Source: Eledone cirrhosa
Lineage: Eukaryota
Length of the DNA stretch: 64,000 bases
Direction: 5' to 3'
NCBI GenBank assembly: GCA_964016885.1
Contig: OZ024757.1
Span: 3,472,001-3,536,000, forward strand
Below the pieces are notes generated by a model. It ran no database searches and was not told the origin of the DNA. It saw only the letters and a program-made list of their open reading frames with translations. The translations under genes were made by a program, and so were the position numbers. Positions 15,001-26,814 of the stretch are shown here, piece by piece (position 1 is the first letter of the stretch; each line of letters opens with the position of its first letter).

Positions 15001-18000
15001 ACGTTACTCGATAGAGTGTGTAGTGTTACTTGATAGAGTGTAAGGTTACTCGATAGAGTGTGTAAGGCTATTTCAAAGAGTGTGTAAGGTTATTTGATAG
15101 AGTGCGTAGGTTTTCTCGATAGAGTGTGTAAGGCTAATTGATAGAGTGTAAGGTTACTTGATAGAGTGTGTAGTGTTACTTGATAGAGTGTGTACTGTTA
15201 CTTGATAGAGTGTGTAAGGCTACTTGATAGAGTGTGTAGTTTTACTTGATAGAGTGGAAGGCTACTTGATAGAGTGTGTAAGGTTACTTGATAGAGTGTG
15301 TAGTGTTACTTGATAGAGTGTGTAGTGTTACTTGATAGAGTGTGTAAGGTTACTTGATAGAGTGTGTAAGGTTACTTGATAGAGTGTTTAGTGTTACTTG
15401 ATAGAGTGTGTAAGGTTATTTGATAGAGTGTGTAAGGTTACTTGATAGAGTGTGTAGTATTACGTGATAGAGTGTAAGGTTACTCGATAGAGTGTGTAAG
15501 GTTACTTGATAGAGTGTGTAGTATTACTTGATAGAGTGTGTAAGGTTATTTGATAGAGTGTGTAAGCTTACTTTATAGAGTGTGTAGTGTTACTTGATAG
15601 AGTGTGTAAGCTTACTTGATAGAGTGTGTATGGTAACTTGATAGAGTGTGTAATGTTACATGATAGAGTGTGTATGGTTACTTGATAGAGTGTGTAATGT
15701 TACTCATTAGAGTGTGTACGATTACTTGATAGAGTGTGTAAGGTTACCTGATAGAGTGTGTAGTGTTACTTGTTAGAGTGTGTAATGTTACATGATAGAG
15801 TGTGTATGGTTACTTGATAGAGTGTGTAATGTTACTCAATAGAGTTTTTAAGGTTACTTGATAGAGTGTGTAAGGTTACTCATTAGAGTGTGTACGATTA
15901 CTTGATAGAGTGTGTAAGGTTACCTGATAGAGCGTGTAAGGTTACTCGATAGAGTATGCAGTGTTACTTGAAAGAGTGTGTAAGGTTACTTGACCGAGTG
16001 TGTAGTGTTACTTGATAGAGTGTGTAATGTTAATTGATAGAGTGTGTATGGTTACTTGATAGAGTGTGAAAGGTTACTTGATAGAGTGTGTAAGGTTACT
16101 TGATAGAGTGTGTAAGGTTACTTGACAGAGTGTGTAAGGTTACTTGACAGAGGGTGTAGTGATACTTGATAGAGTGTGTAAGCTAACTTGATAGAGTGTG
16201 GAATGTTACTTGATAGAGTGTGTAAGGTTACTCGATATAGTGTGTAAGGTTACTTGATAGAGTGTGTAAGTTTACTTGATAGAGTGTGTAAGGTTACTTG
16301 ATAGAGAGTGTAAGGTTATTTGATAGAGTGTGTAAGGTTACTTGATAGAGTGTGTAGTATTACGTGATAGAGTGTAAGGTTACTCGATAGAGTGTGTAAG
16401 GTTACTTGATAGAGTGTGTAGTATTACTTGATAGAGTGTGTAAGGTTACTTGATAGAGTGTGTAAGGTTACTTTATAGAGTGTGTAGTGTTACTTGATAG
16501 AGTGTGTAAGCTTACTTGATAGAGTGTGTATGGTTACTTGATAGAGTGTGTAATGTTACATGATAGAGTGTGTATGGTTACTTGATAGAGTGTGTAATGT
16601 TACTCATTAGAGTGTGTACGATTACTTGATAGAGTGTGTAAGGTTACCTGATAGAGTGTGTAGTGTTACTTGATAGAGTGTGTAATGTTACATGATAGAG
16701 TGTGTATGGTTACTTGATAGAGTGTGTAATGTTACTCAATAGAGTGTGTAAGGTTACTTGATAGAGTGTGTAAGGTTACTCATTAGAGTGTGTACGATTA
16801 CTTGATAGAGTGTGTAAGGTTACCTGATAGAGCGTGTAAGGTTACTCGATAGAGTATGCAGTGTTACTTGAAAGAGTGTGTAAGGTTACTTGACCGAGTG
16901 TGTAGTGTTACTTGATAGAGTGTGTAATGTTAATTGATAGAGTGTGTATGGTTACTTGATAGAGTGTGTAAGGTTACTTGATAGAGTGTGTAAGGTTACT
17001 TGATAGAGTGTGTAAGGTTACTTGACAGAGTGTGTAAGGTTACTTGACAGAGGGTGTAGTGATACTTGATAGAGTGTGTAAGCTAACTTGATAGAGTGTG
17101 GAATGTTACTTGATAGGGTGTGTAAGGTTACTCGATATAGTGTGTAAGGTTACTTGATAGAGTGTGTAAGTTTACTTGATAGAGTGTGTAAGGTTACTTG
17201 ATAGAGAGTGTAAGGTTATTTGATAGAGTGTGTAAGGTTACTTGATAGAGTGTGTAGTATTACGTGATAGAGTGTAAGGTTACTCGATAGAGTGTGTAAG
17301 GTTACTTGATAGAGTGTGTAGTATTACTTGATAGAGTGTGTAAGGTTACTTGATAGAGTGTGTAAGGTTACTTTATAGAGTGTGTAGTGTTACTTGATAG
17401 AGTGTGTAAGCTTACTTGATAGAGTGTGTATGGTTACTTGATAGAGTGTGTAATGTTACATGATAGAGTGTGTATGGTTACTTGATAGAGTGTGTAATGT
17501 TACTCATTAGAGTGTGTACTGTTACTTGATAGAGTGTGTAAGGCTACTTGATAGAGTGTGTAGTTTTACTTGATAGAGTGGAAGGCTACTTGATAGAGTG
17601 TGTAAGGTTACTTGATAGAGTGTGTAGTGTTACTTGATAGAGTGTGTAGTGTTACTTGATAGAGTGTGTAAGGTTACTTGATAGAGTGTGTAAGGTTACT
17701 TGATAGAGTGTTTAGTGTTACTTGATAGAGTGTGTAAGGTTATTTGATAGAGTGTGTAAGGTTACTTGATAGAGTGTGTAGTATTACGTGATAGAGTGTA
17801 AGGTTACTCGATAGAGTGTGTAAGGTTACTTGATAGAGTGTGTAGTATTACTTGATAGAGTGTGTAAGGTTATTTGATAGAGTGTGTAAGCTTACTTTAT
17901 AGAGTGTGTAGTGTTACTTGATAGAGTGTGTAAGCTTACTTGATAGAGTGTGTATGGTAACTTGATAGAGTGTGTAATGTTACATGATAGAGTGTGTATG

Positions 18001-21000
18001 GTTACTTGATAGAGTGTGTAATGTTACTCATTAGAGTGTGTACGATTACTTGATAGAGTGTGTAAGGTTACCTGATAGAGTGTGTAGTGTTACTTGTTAG
18101 AGTGTGTAATGTTACATGATAGAGTGTGTATGGTTACTTGATAGAGTGTGTAATGTTACTCAATAGAGTTTTTAAGGTTACTTGATAGAGTGTGTAAGGT
18201 TACTCATTAGAGTGTGTACGATTACTTGATAGAGTGTGTAAGGTTACCTGATAGAGCGTGTAAGGTTACTCGATAGAGTATGCAGTGTTACTTGAAAGAG
18301 TGTGTAAGGTTACTTGACCGAGTGTGTAGTGTTACTTGATAGAGTGTGTAATGTTAATTGATAGAGTGTGTATGGTTACTTGATAGAGTGTGAAAGGTTA
18401 CTTGATAGAGTGTGTAAGGTTACTTGATAGAGTGTGTAAGGTTACTTGACAGAGTGTGTAAGGTTACTTGACAGAGGGTGTAGTGATACTTGATAGAGTG
18501 TGTAAGCTAACTTGATAGAGTGTGGAATGTTACTTGATAGAGTGTGTAAGGTTACTCGATATAGTGTGTAAGGTTACTTGATAGAGTGTGTAAGTTTACT
18601 TGATAGAGTGTGTAAGGTTACTTGATAGAGAGTGTAAGGTTATTTGATAGAGTGTGTAAGGTTACTTGATAGAGTGTGTAGTATTACGTGATAGAGTGTA
18701 AGGTTACTCGATAGAGTGTGTAAGGTTACTTGATAGAGTGTGTAGTATTACTTGATAGAGTGTGTAAGGTTACTTGATAGAGTGTGTAAGGTTACTTTAT
18801 AGAGTGTGTAGTGTTACTTGATAGAGTGTGTAAGCTTACTTGATAGAGTGTGTATGGTTACTTGATAGAGTGTGTAATGTTACATGATAGAGTGTGTATG
18901 GTTACTTGATAGAGTGTGTAATGTTACTCATTAGAGTGTGTACGATTACTTGATAGAGTGTGTAAGGTTACCTGATAGAGTGTGTAGTGTTACTTGATAG
19001 AGTGTGTAATGTTACATGATAGAGTGTGTATGGTTACTTGATAGAGTGTGTAATGTTACTCAATAGAGTGTGTAAGGTTACTTGATAGAGTGTGTAAGGT
19101 TACTCATTAGAGTGTGTACGATTACTTGATAGAGTGTGTAAGGTTACCTGATAGAGCGTGTAAGGTTACTCGATAGAGTATGCAGTGTTACTTGAAAGAG
19201 TGTGTAAGGTTACTTGACCGAGTGTGTAGTGTTACTTGATAGAGTGTGTAATGTTAATTGATAGAGTGTGTATGGTTACTTGATAGAGTGTGTAAGGTTA
19301 CTTGATAGAGTGTGTAAGGTTACTTGATAGAGTGTGTAAGGTTACTTGACAGAGTGTGTAAGGTTACTTGACAGAGGGTGTAGTGATACTTGATAGAGTG
19401 TGTAAGCTAACTTGATAGAGTGTGGAATGTTACTTGATAGGGTGTGTAAGGTTACTCGATATAGTGTGTAAGGTTACTTGATAGAGTGTGTAAGTTTACT
19501 TGATAGAGTGTGTAAGGTTACTTGATAGAGAGTGTAAGGTTATTTGATAGAGTGTGTAAGGTTACTTGATAGAGTGTGTAGTATTACGTGATAGAGTGTA
19601 AGGTTACTCGATAGAGTGTGTAAGGTTACTTGATAGAGTGTGTAGTATTACTTGATAGAGTGTGTAAGGTTACTTGATAGAGTGTGTAAGGTTACTTTAT
19701 AGAGTGTGTAGTGTTACTTGATAGAGTGTGTAAGCTTACTTGATAGAGTGTGTATGGTTACTTGATAGAGTGTGTAATGTTACATGATAGAGTGTGTATG
19801 GTTACTTGATAGAGTGTGTAATGTTACTCATTAGAGTGTGTACGATTACTTGATAGAGTGTGTAAGGTTACCTGATAGAGTGTGTAGTGTTACTTGATAG
19901 AGTGTGTAATGTTACATGATAGAGTGCGTATGGTTACTTGATAGAGTGTGTAATGTTACTCAATAGAGTGTGTAAGGTTACTTGATAGAGTGTGTAAGGT
20001 TACTCATTAGAGTGTGTACGATTACTTGATAGAGTGTGTAAGGTTACCTGATAGAGCGTGTAAGGTTACTCGATAGAGTGTGTAAGGTTACTCGATAGAG
20101 TGTGTAACGTTACTTGATAGAGTGTGCAAGGTTACACGATATAGTGTGTAAGGTTACATGATAGAGTGTGTAAGGTTACTCGATAGAGTGTGTAAGGTTA
20201 CTTGATAGAGTGTGTAAAGTTACTCGATAGAGTGTGTAAGGGTACTCGATAGAGTGTGTAAGGTTACTTGATAGAGTGTGTAAGGTTACTCGATAGAGTT
20301 TGTAATGTTACATAATAGAATGTGTAAGGTTACTTGATAGAGTGTGTAAGGTTACTTGATAGAGTGTGTAAGGTTAATTGATAGAGTATGTAAGGTTACT
20401 TGATAAAGTGTGTAATGTTACTTGATAGAGTGTGTAAGATTACTCAATAGACTGTGTAAGGTTACTCAATAGAGTGTGTAAGGTTACTTGATAGAGTGTG
20501 TAAGGTTACTTGATGAAGTGTGTAAGGTTACTTAATAGAGTGTGTAAGGTTCCTTGATAGCGTGTAAGGTTACTTGATAGAGAGTGTAAGGCTACTTGAT
20601 AGAATGTGTAAGGTTACTCAATAGTGTGTAAGGTTACTTGATAGAGTGTGTAAGGTTACTTGATAGAGCGTGTAAGGTTACTCGATAGAGTGTGTAAGGT
20701 TACTTGATAGAGTGTATAAGGTTACTCGATAGAGTGTGTAAGGTTACTTGATAGAGTGTGTAAGGTTACTTAATAGAGTGTGTAATGTTACTTGATAGAG
20801 TGTAAGGTTACTCGATTGAGTGTGTAAGGTTACTTGATAGAGTGTAAGGTTACTTGATAGAGTGTGTAAGGCTACTTGATAGAGTGTGTAAGGTTTCTTG
20901 ATAGAGTGTGTAAGGTTACTCGATAGAGTGAGTAGTGTTACTTGATAGAGTGTAAATTTACTCGATAGAGTGTGTAAGGCTACTTCAAAGTGTGTGTAAG

Positions 21001-23026
21001 ATTATTTGATAGAGTGTGTAAGTTTTCTCGATAGAGTGTGTAAGGCTACTTGATAGAGTGTAAGGTTACTTGATAGAGTGTGTAGTGTTACTTGATAGAG
21101 TGTGTAATGTTACTTGATAGAGTGTGTAAGGCTACTTGATAGAGTGTGTAGTTTTACTTGATAGAGTGGAAGGTTACTTGATAGAGTGTCTAAGGTTACT
21201 TGATAGAGTGTGTAGTGTTACTTGATAGAGTGTGTAAGGTTACTTGATAGAGTGTGTAAGGTTACTTGATAGAGTGTTTAGTGTTACTTGATAGAGTGTG
21301 TAAGTTTATTTGATAGAGTGTGTAAGCTTACTTGATAGAGTGTGTAGTATTACGTGATAGAGTGTAAGGTTACTCGATAGAGTGTGTAAGGTTACTTGAT
21401 AGAGTGTGTAGTATTACTTGATAGAGTGTGTAAGGTTACTTGATAGAGTGTGTAAGGTTACTTTATAGAGTGTGTAATGTTACATGATAGAGTGTGTATG
21501 GTTACTTGATAGAGTGTGTAAGGTTACTCATTATAGTGTGTACGATTACTTGATAGAATGTTTAAGGTTACCTGATAGAGTGTGTAGTGTTACTTGATAG
21601 AGTGTGTAATGTTACATGATAGAGTGTGTATGGTTACTTGATAGAGTGTGCAATGTTACTCAATAGAGTGTGTAAGGTTACTTGATAGAGTGTGTAAGGT
21701 TACTCATTAGAGTGTGTACGATTACTTGATAGAGTGTGTAAGGTTACCTGATAGAGCGTGTAAGCTTACTCGATAGAGTGTGCAGTGTTACTTGAATGAG
21801 TGTGTAAGGTTACATGACCGAGTGTGTAGTGTTACTTGATAGAGTGTGTAATGTTAATTGATAGAGTGTGTATGGTTACTTGATAGAGTGTGTAAGGTTA
21901 CTTGATAGAGTGTGTAAGGTTACCTGATAGAGTGTGTAAGGTTACTTGACAGAGGGTGTAGTGATACTTGATAGAGTGTGTAAGCTGACTTGATAGAGTG
22001 TGGAATGTTACTTGATAGAGTGTGTAAGGTTACTCGATATAGTGTGTAAGGTTACTTGATAGAGTGTGTAAGTTTACTTGAGAGAGTGTGTAAGGTTACT
22101 TGATAGAGAGTGTAAGGTTACTTGATAGAGTGTAAGGTTACTTGATAGAGAGTGTAAGGTTACCTGATAGAGTGTGTAAGGTTACTTGATAGAGTGTGTA
22201 GTGTTACTTGATAGAGTGTGTAAGTTTACTTGATACAGTGTGTAAGGTTACTCGATAGAGTGTGTAAGTTTACTCGATAATGTGTGTAAGGTTACTTGAT
22301 AGAGTGTGTAAGGTTACTAGATAGAGTGTATAAGGTTACTCGATAGAGTGTTTAAGGTTACTTGATAGAGTGTGTAAGGTTACTTGATAGAGTGTGTAAG
22401 GTTACTTGATAGAGTGTGTAAGGTTACTTGATAGAGTGTGTAAGGCTACTTGATAGAGTGTAAGGTTACTTGATAGAGTGTGTAAGGTTACTTGATAGAG
22501 TGTGTAGTATTACTTGATAGAGTGTGTAAGATTACTCAATAGAGTGTGTAAGGTTACTCAATAGAGTGTGTAATGTTACTTGATAGAGTGTGTAAGGTTA
22601 CTTGATGAAATGTGTAAGGTTACTTGATAGAGTGTGTAAGGTTACTTGATAGAGTGTGTAAGGTTACTCGATAGAGTGTGTAAGGTTACTTGATAGAGTG
22701 TATAAGGTTACTCGATAGAGTGTGTAATTTTACTTGATAGAGTGTGTTAGGTTACTTGATAGAGTGTGTAAGTTTACTTGATTGAGTGTAAGGTTACTCG
22801 ATAGAGTGTGTAAGGTTACTTGATAGAGTGTAAGGTTACTTGATAGAGTGTGTAAGGCTACTTGATAGAGTGTGTAAGGTTACTTGATAGAGTGTGTAAG
22901 GTTACTCGATAGAGTGTGTAGGGTTACTTGATAGAGTGTAAGGTTACTCGATAGAGTGTGTAATGTTACTTCAAAGAGTGTGTAAGGTTACTTGATAGAG
23001 TGTGTATGTTTTCTCGATAGAGTGTG
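1..23026 (+). repeat. 22-bp satellite array, left arm (consensus TTGATAGAGTGTGTAAGGTTAC, with 20-bp GT-deletion variants); continues beyond the window start
   Basis: Uninterrupted head-to-tail monomers with scattered point variants, read directly. Confidence 0.99.
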
Positions 23027-23346
23027 TGTAGCGGTTGTCTACCTTGTTTGGATTAACGTCTGGACGGGAAGTGGGTTCCTTTCTGTAACTTCCGGTCAGA
23101 GCCCTATAAAACTAACAACTTTAAGCCCTCATTCTCTCACTGCCTTTCCGGCGCCCTGGCTTTAGCCAGGCGTCCTCTTCCAGCCGCGTTTGCCTGGCAA
23201 TCAAAACGGTAACGACTAACTTTGTATCATTCTATCATCTATTTTTTTGACATGTCAACTATACTATCTACCATTGTTAATTAAATATTATACACGCAAA
23301 CAACGTATTTCTTGTTACATTCATGCACCCCAGAACTCTCGCTATA
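23027..23346 (+). repeat. LTR type A, 5' copy (320 bp)
   Basis: Starts TGTAGCG and ends CGCTATA (imperfect terminal inverted repeat). Contains CCTATAAAA (TATA-like), is followed by TTGGTAG, and is homologous to 26446-26814. Confidence 0.88.
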
Positions 23347-23351
23347 TTGGT

Positions 23352-25229
23352 AGGTGTTTCATTCCTCATTGTGCTAATTGGCTATCTTCCCTTACTGACA
23401 TTTTAAAAAAACGTCGTAAGAAGAATGAAGACATTTCCTTGACACAAGGACAGCTTCAGGACTTCCAGTCTGACAAGACAGCCCTCGCTAGTTCTTCTTT
23501 GCTAGCCCACCCGGTACCAAAGGCCAAGCTTTCGCTTTGTGTTGATGCATCTGATACCGCTGTGGGAGCAGTTTTACAGCAGTCTTACGCTGAAAGCCAA
23601 CAACCTTTGGCATTTTTCTCGAGGAAGTTGAAACCAGCAGAAACGCGTTATAGCACGTTTGGGCGGGAATTATTAGCCATATATCTGTCGGTGAAACATT
23701 TCTCTCATATCCTTGAGGTGAGAAATTTTACGGTTTTTACCGACCACAAACCGTTGACCTTCGCTTTGAGGGCCAAAGCCGACAGATATTCGCCCAGAGA
23801 GACAAGGCACCTGGACTACGTTTCACAATTTACAAACGATATCCAGCACATTGCCGGCTCGCACAACATAGTTGCAGACGCATTATCTCGTTTGCCAATT
23901 AGCTCCATCTCGTCATCCCAGGATATCGATTTAGGTCGTTTAGCTGCAGACCAACCTGCACTCCAATCGTTGGACACTCTTTCTACCGAATTTGCGACTT
24001 GCATTTTCAAATATCTGCCCTTGTCCACCACCGACAGGCAGATCCTTTGTGATGTATCCACTGATGCACCACGACCACTTGTTCCTGAGACTCACCGTCG
24101 AATTGTGTTCCTGGCTCTGCACAACATTTCTCATCCAGGATCGGCTGCCACAGTTAAACTCATAACAGCCAGATTCTTCTGGCCTAATATGAGGCGCGAC
24201 ATTGCTGTTTTTTGCCGTTCCTGTATCGCTTGCCAGAAATCGAAGATCCATAGACACATCCGGACTCCACTGGGTACTTTCACCACTCCAGATGCCCGGT
24301 TCCAACACATCCACATTGACATCGTTGGACCTTGGCCATTCAGCAGTGGATATTCCTACATATTGACGTGTGTCGATCGTTTTTCGCGATGGCCTGAAGC
24401 CATCCCTTTACAAGACATGACTGCTGAGACTGTAGCACGTGCCCTGGTATCAGGGTGGATTACCCGCTTTGGGGTACCAACTACACTCACCACAGACCGC
24501 GGTAGACAATTCGAGTCCCATCTCTTCTCTGAGCTCACCAAAATAATTGGAGCTCAACGGATTCGGACCACGGCCTATCATCCTGCTTCAAATGGAATGG
24601 TGGAACGATTCCACCGCCAATTAAAGGCCGCTCTTCGCGCCTATCCAGACTCTCAACGTTGGAGCGAGTACCTTCCTATTGTGTTATTAGGAATTCGGTC
24701 ATTAATAAAGGAGGACCTTGGGTTCTCCCCGGCCGAATTAATTTACGGTGCTCCTCTAGCGTTGCCTGGGCAAATGCTTGCCCCTGTTGATCTTGCTTTC
24801 CAAGATCCGCTTTCCTACGTATCCCGTCTGCGTTCTTATTTACAGGACCTGCCGCCGATGGATACGAGGAAGCAAACTGTAAAACATGCGGTCCCGAGGG
24901 ACATTGCCTCGTGGACCCATGTGTTCGTAAGGAACGATGCTGTGAGACCACCCCTCACACAACCATACTCTGGACCCTACCGTGTGTTAGCACGCACTGA
25001 CAAACATTTCACTGTAGACGTTAAGGGGTCCAGAGAGACAATTTCGGTGGATAGACTGAAAAGGGCACACAATGACGCTCATACACCCGAGCCACAAATA
25101 CCCCAATCTTTCACCATTGTGCATACACCTGCTCCTTCTGCCCCACCTTCACCTACATACAAGACTACGACCCGTTCCGGTCGGAGAGTCCACTGGCCCA
25201 AAAAGTTCTGCCAAACTATTTTTATGTGA
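23352..25229 (+). pseudogene. pol: Truncated Gypsy pol: RT end/connection, RNase H and integrase; open frame, but gag, protease and RT are missing
   Basis: RNase H: [41 protein letters not shown]. Integrase zinc finger: H..SHPG...C..CQ. DDE core: [33 protein letters not shown] motif: QPYSGPYRV. The order RNase H then integrase is Ty3/Gypsy type. Confidence 0.95.
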
Positions 25230-25607
25230 ACTGGCCATTGGAGCCTTATATATATATATTTTCTTTTTTTTTTGCTGTTCTTATTTATTGATTTATTGTA
25301 TTGCAATGTACCTCTCATTACCATTTCACTAGATGTATATATATGTTTTTCGTTTCCTTTACAACGAACATTTTAAGCTATATTCTTCTATTTGCCGGTT
25401 TATAAATTTACAATGTAAATTTACCGTTGATAACCGCGCATTTATTAAGAATGCTTATTTCTCTGGTCGTTGGCCTCTTGACCCTTCCAGGTCACGCATT
25501 CTCAACATCGACCATCAACTTCGGCTGCTATTTCTAGCACTTTGCGCAACTCATTTTTTCTGAAAAATTTTTTTTTTACTGTGAATTTAAACACCGAATA
25601 CGCTCAC

Positions 25608-25720
25608 TCAGCAGCAACAGCAACAGCAATATAACAGCAACAGCAATACAGCAGCAACAGCAATACAGCAGCAGCAGCAACAGCAATAGCAATACATCAA
25701 CACAGCTTCACCAACAACCA
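25608..25720 (+). repeat. Degenerate (CAG/CAA)n tract in the Gypsy 3' non-coding region
   Basis: cagcagcaacagcaacagcaat... read directly. Confidence 0.8.
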
Positions 25721-26019
25721 AAGCCAGAGAATTTATTTTTGCAGCACTCTTCCTGTGAGAAAATCCATTCGGAGGTTGGAAATTTCACGATATACCACAG
25801 AACAGAAACCATCTGCATTCATTCTCTGGAACACACTTTCTTTCCTGCTGTCATGTGATTGCACACCTGTGAACTATATTTTGTACATTTTAACTTTTGA
25901 CCTCTTTTCTTACTTCCATTACTCTGTACCATACTTTTCATGCCTCTTACATGCTCGCCATCTTACTCCATGCATGCTTCTTTCGATTTTTTATGTTTTA
26001 AAAATCTGGCGGGGGATAC

Positions 26020-26445
26020 TGTAGTAAGAGTTGCCTCCCCTGCCACGACAATCGAATCGCTGTTCTCTAGACAGGAAGTAGGTGGAGTTGCTTCCCTTTG
26101 GGATTGACCAAACTCCCTAGTGGTCACTTCCGGTCAACAGAGATAAAAGGAGCGATTAACCGCGAAATCTCTCTCTCGCCTCCTGATTCCTGAAGTGGTA
26201 ACATCTTCGACCATAGCTGGTGATTCTTGCTGGACGACCCTTTCGTTACCAAGCACCATGCAGCTCACCAGCCTGAGATGAGAGCGCCAAGACATTTCTA
26301 CCAACTTCAGAATGGTATTATTGCCATCGGGTAACAACCCTTTACATTATACACCTTTGACTTCTATGAAGTAAAACTTTATCACACACACACACCAGTA
26401 CTCTTTGTCTTTTATATTATGTTGCATGTGCACCGATATTGGTTA
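26020..26445 (+). repeat. LTR type B (related but different LTR family, directly after the PPT)
   Basis: Begins TGTAGT immediately after the purine tract. Shares only short blocks (CTAGACRGGAAGTAG, ACTTCCGGTCA) with LTR A. Confidence 0.65.
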
Positions 26446-26814
26446 TGTAGCGGTTGTCTCCCTTGTTTGGTTTAACATCTAGACGGGAAGTAGAACCCTT
26501 TCTGCAACTTCCGGTCAGAACCCTATAAAACTAACAACTCTAAGTTCTCACTCTCTCATTGCCTTTTCGGCACCAGGTCAAGAGCCTCTCATTTGGCTCT
26601 GCCACTCATTTGGCCAACAGGCTCCTGGCCTTAGCCAGGCGTCCTCTGCCAGCCGCGTTTGCCTGGCAATCAAAACGGTAACGACTAACTTTGTTTCATT
26701 CTATCATCTATTTCTTTGACATGTCAACTATACTATCTACCATTGTTAATTAAATATTATCTACAAACAAAAAATGTATTCCTTGTTACATTCATGCAAC
26801 CCAATCTCGCTATA
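26446..26814 (+). repeat. LTR type A, 3' copy (369 bp)
   Basis: Homologous to 23027-23346, with many substitutions in the first ~130 bp and an extra ~49-bp segment. Confidence 0.88.

Larger units (their letters stand above)
23027..26814 (+). mobile_element. Composite, internally deleted Ty3/Gypsy LTR retroelement inserted in the satellite
   Basis: Direct repeats TGTAGCG...CGCTATA at both ends. A TGGT PBS stub follows the 5' copy, then an RNase H-integrase ORF, and a purine tract GGCGGGGGATAC at about 26008-26019. Confidence 0.9.

Noticed and set aside
23247-23351. N-terminus of the 660-aa ORF as a real protein start
   Set aside because: It is a TTG start inside the LTR, read through the deletion junction; there is no in-frame ATG until well into the integrase region.
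25608-25720. PolyQ coding exon
   Set aside because: The tract is frame-disrupted, lies inside the retroelement's 3' non-coding region, and has no supporting ORF.
23816-26337. Short ORFs overlapping or following pol
   Set aside because: They are antisense shadows or low-complexity UTR/LTR frames with no recognisable motifs; no env-like ORF was seen.
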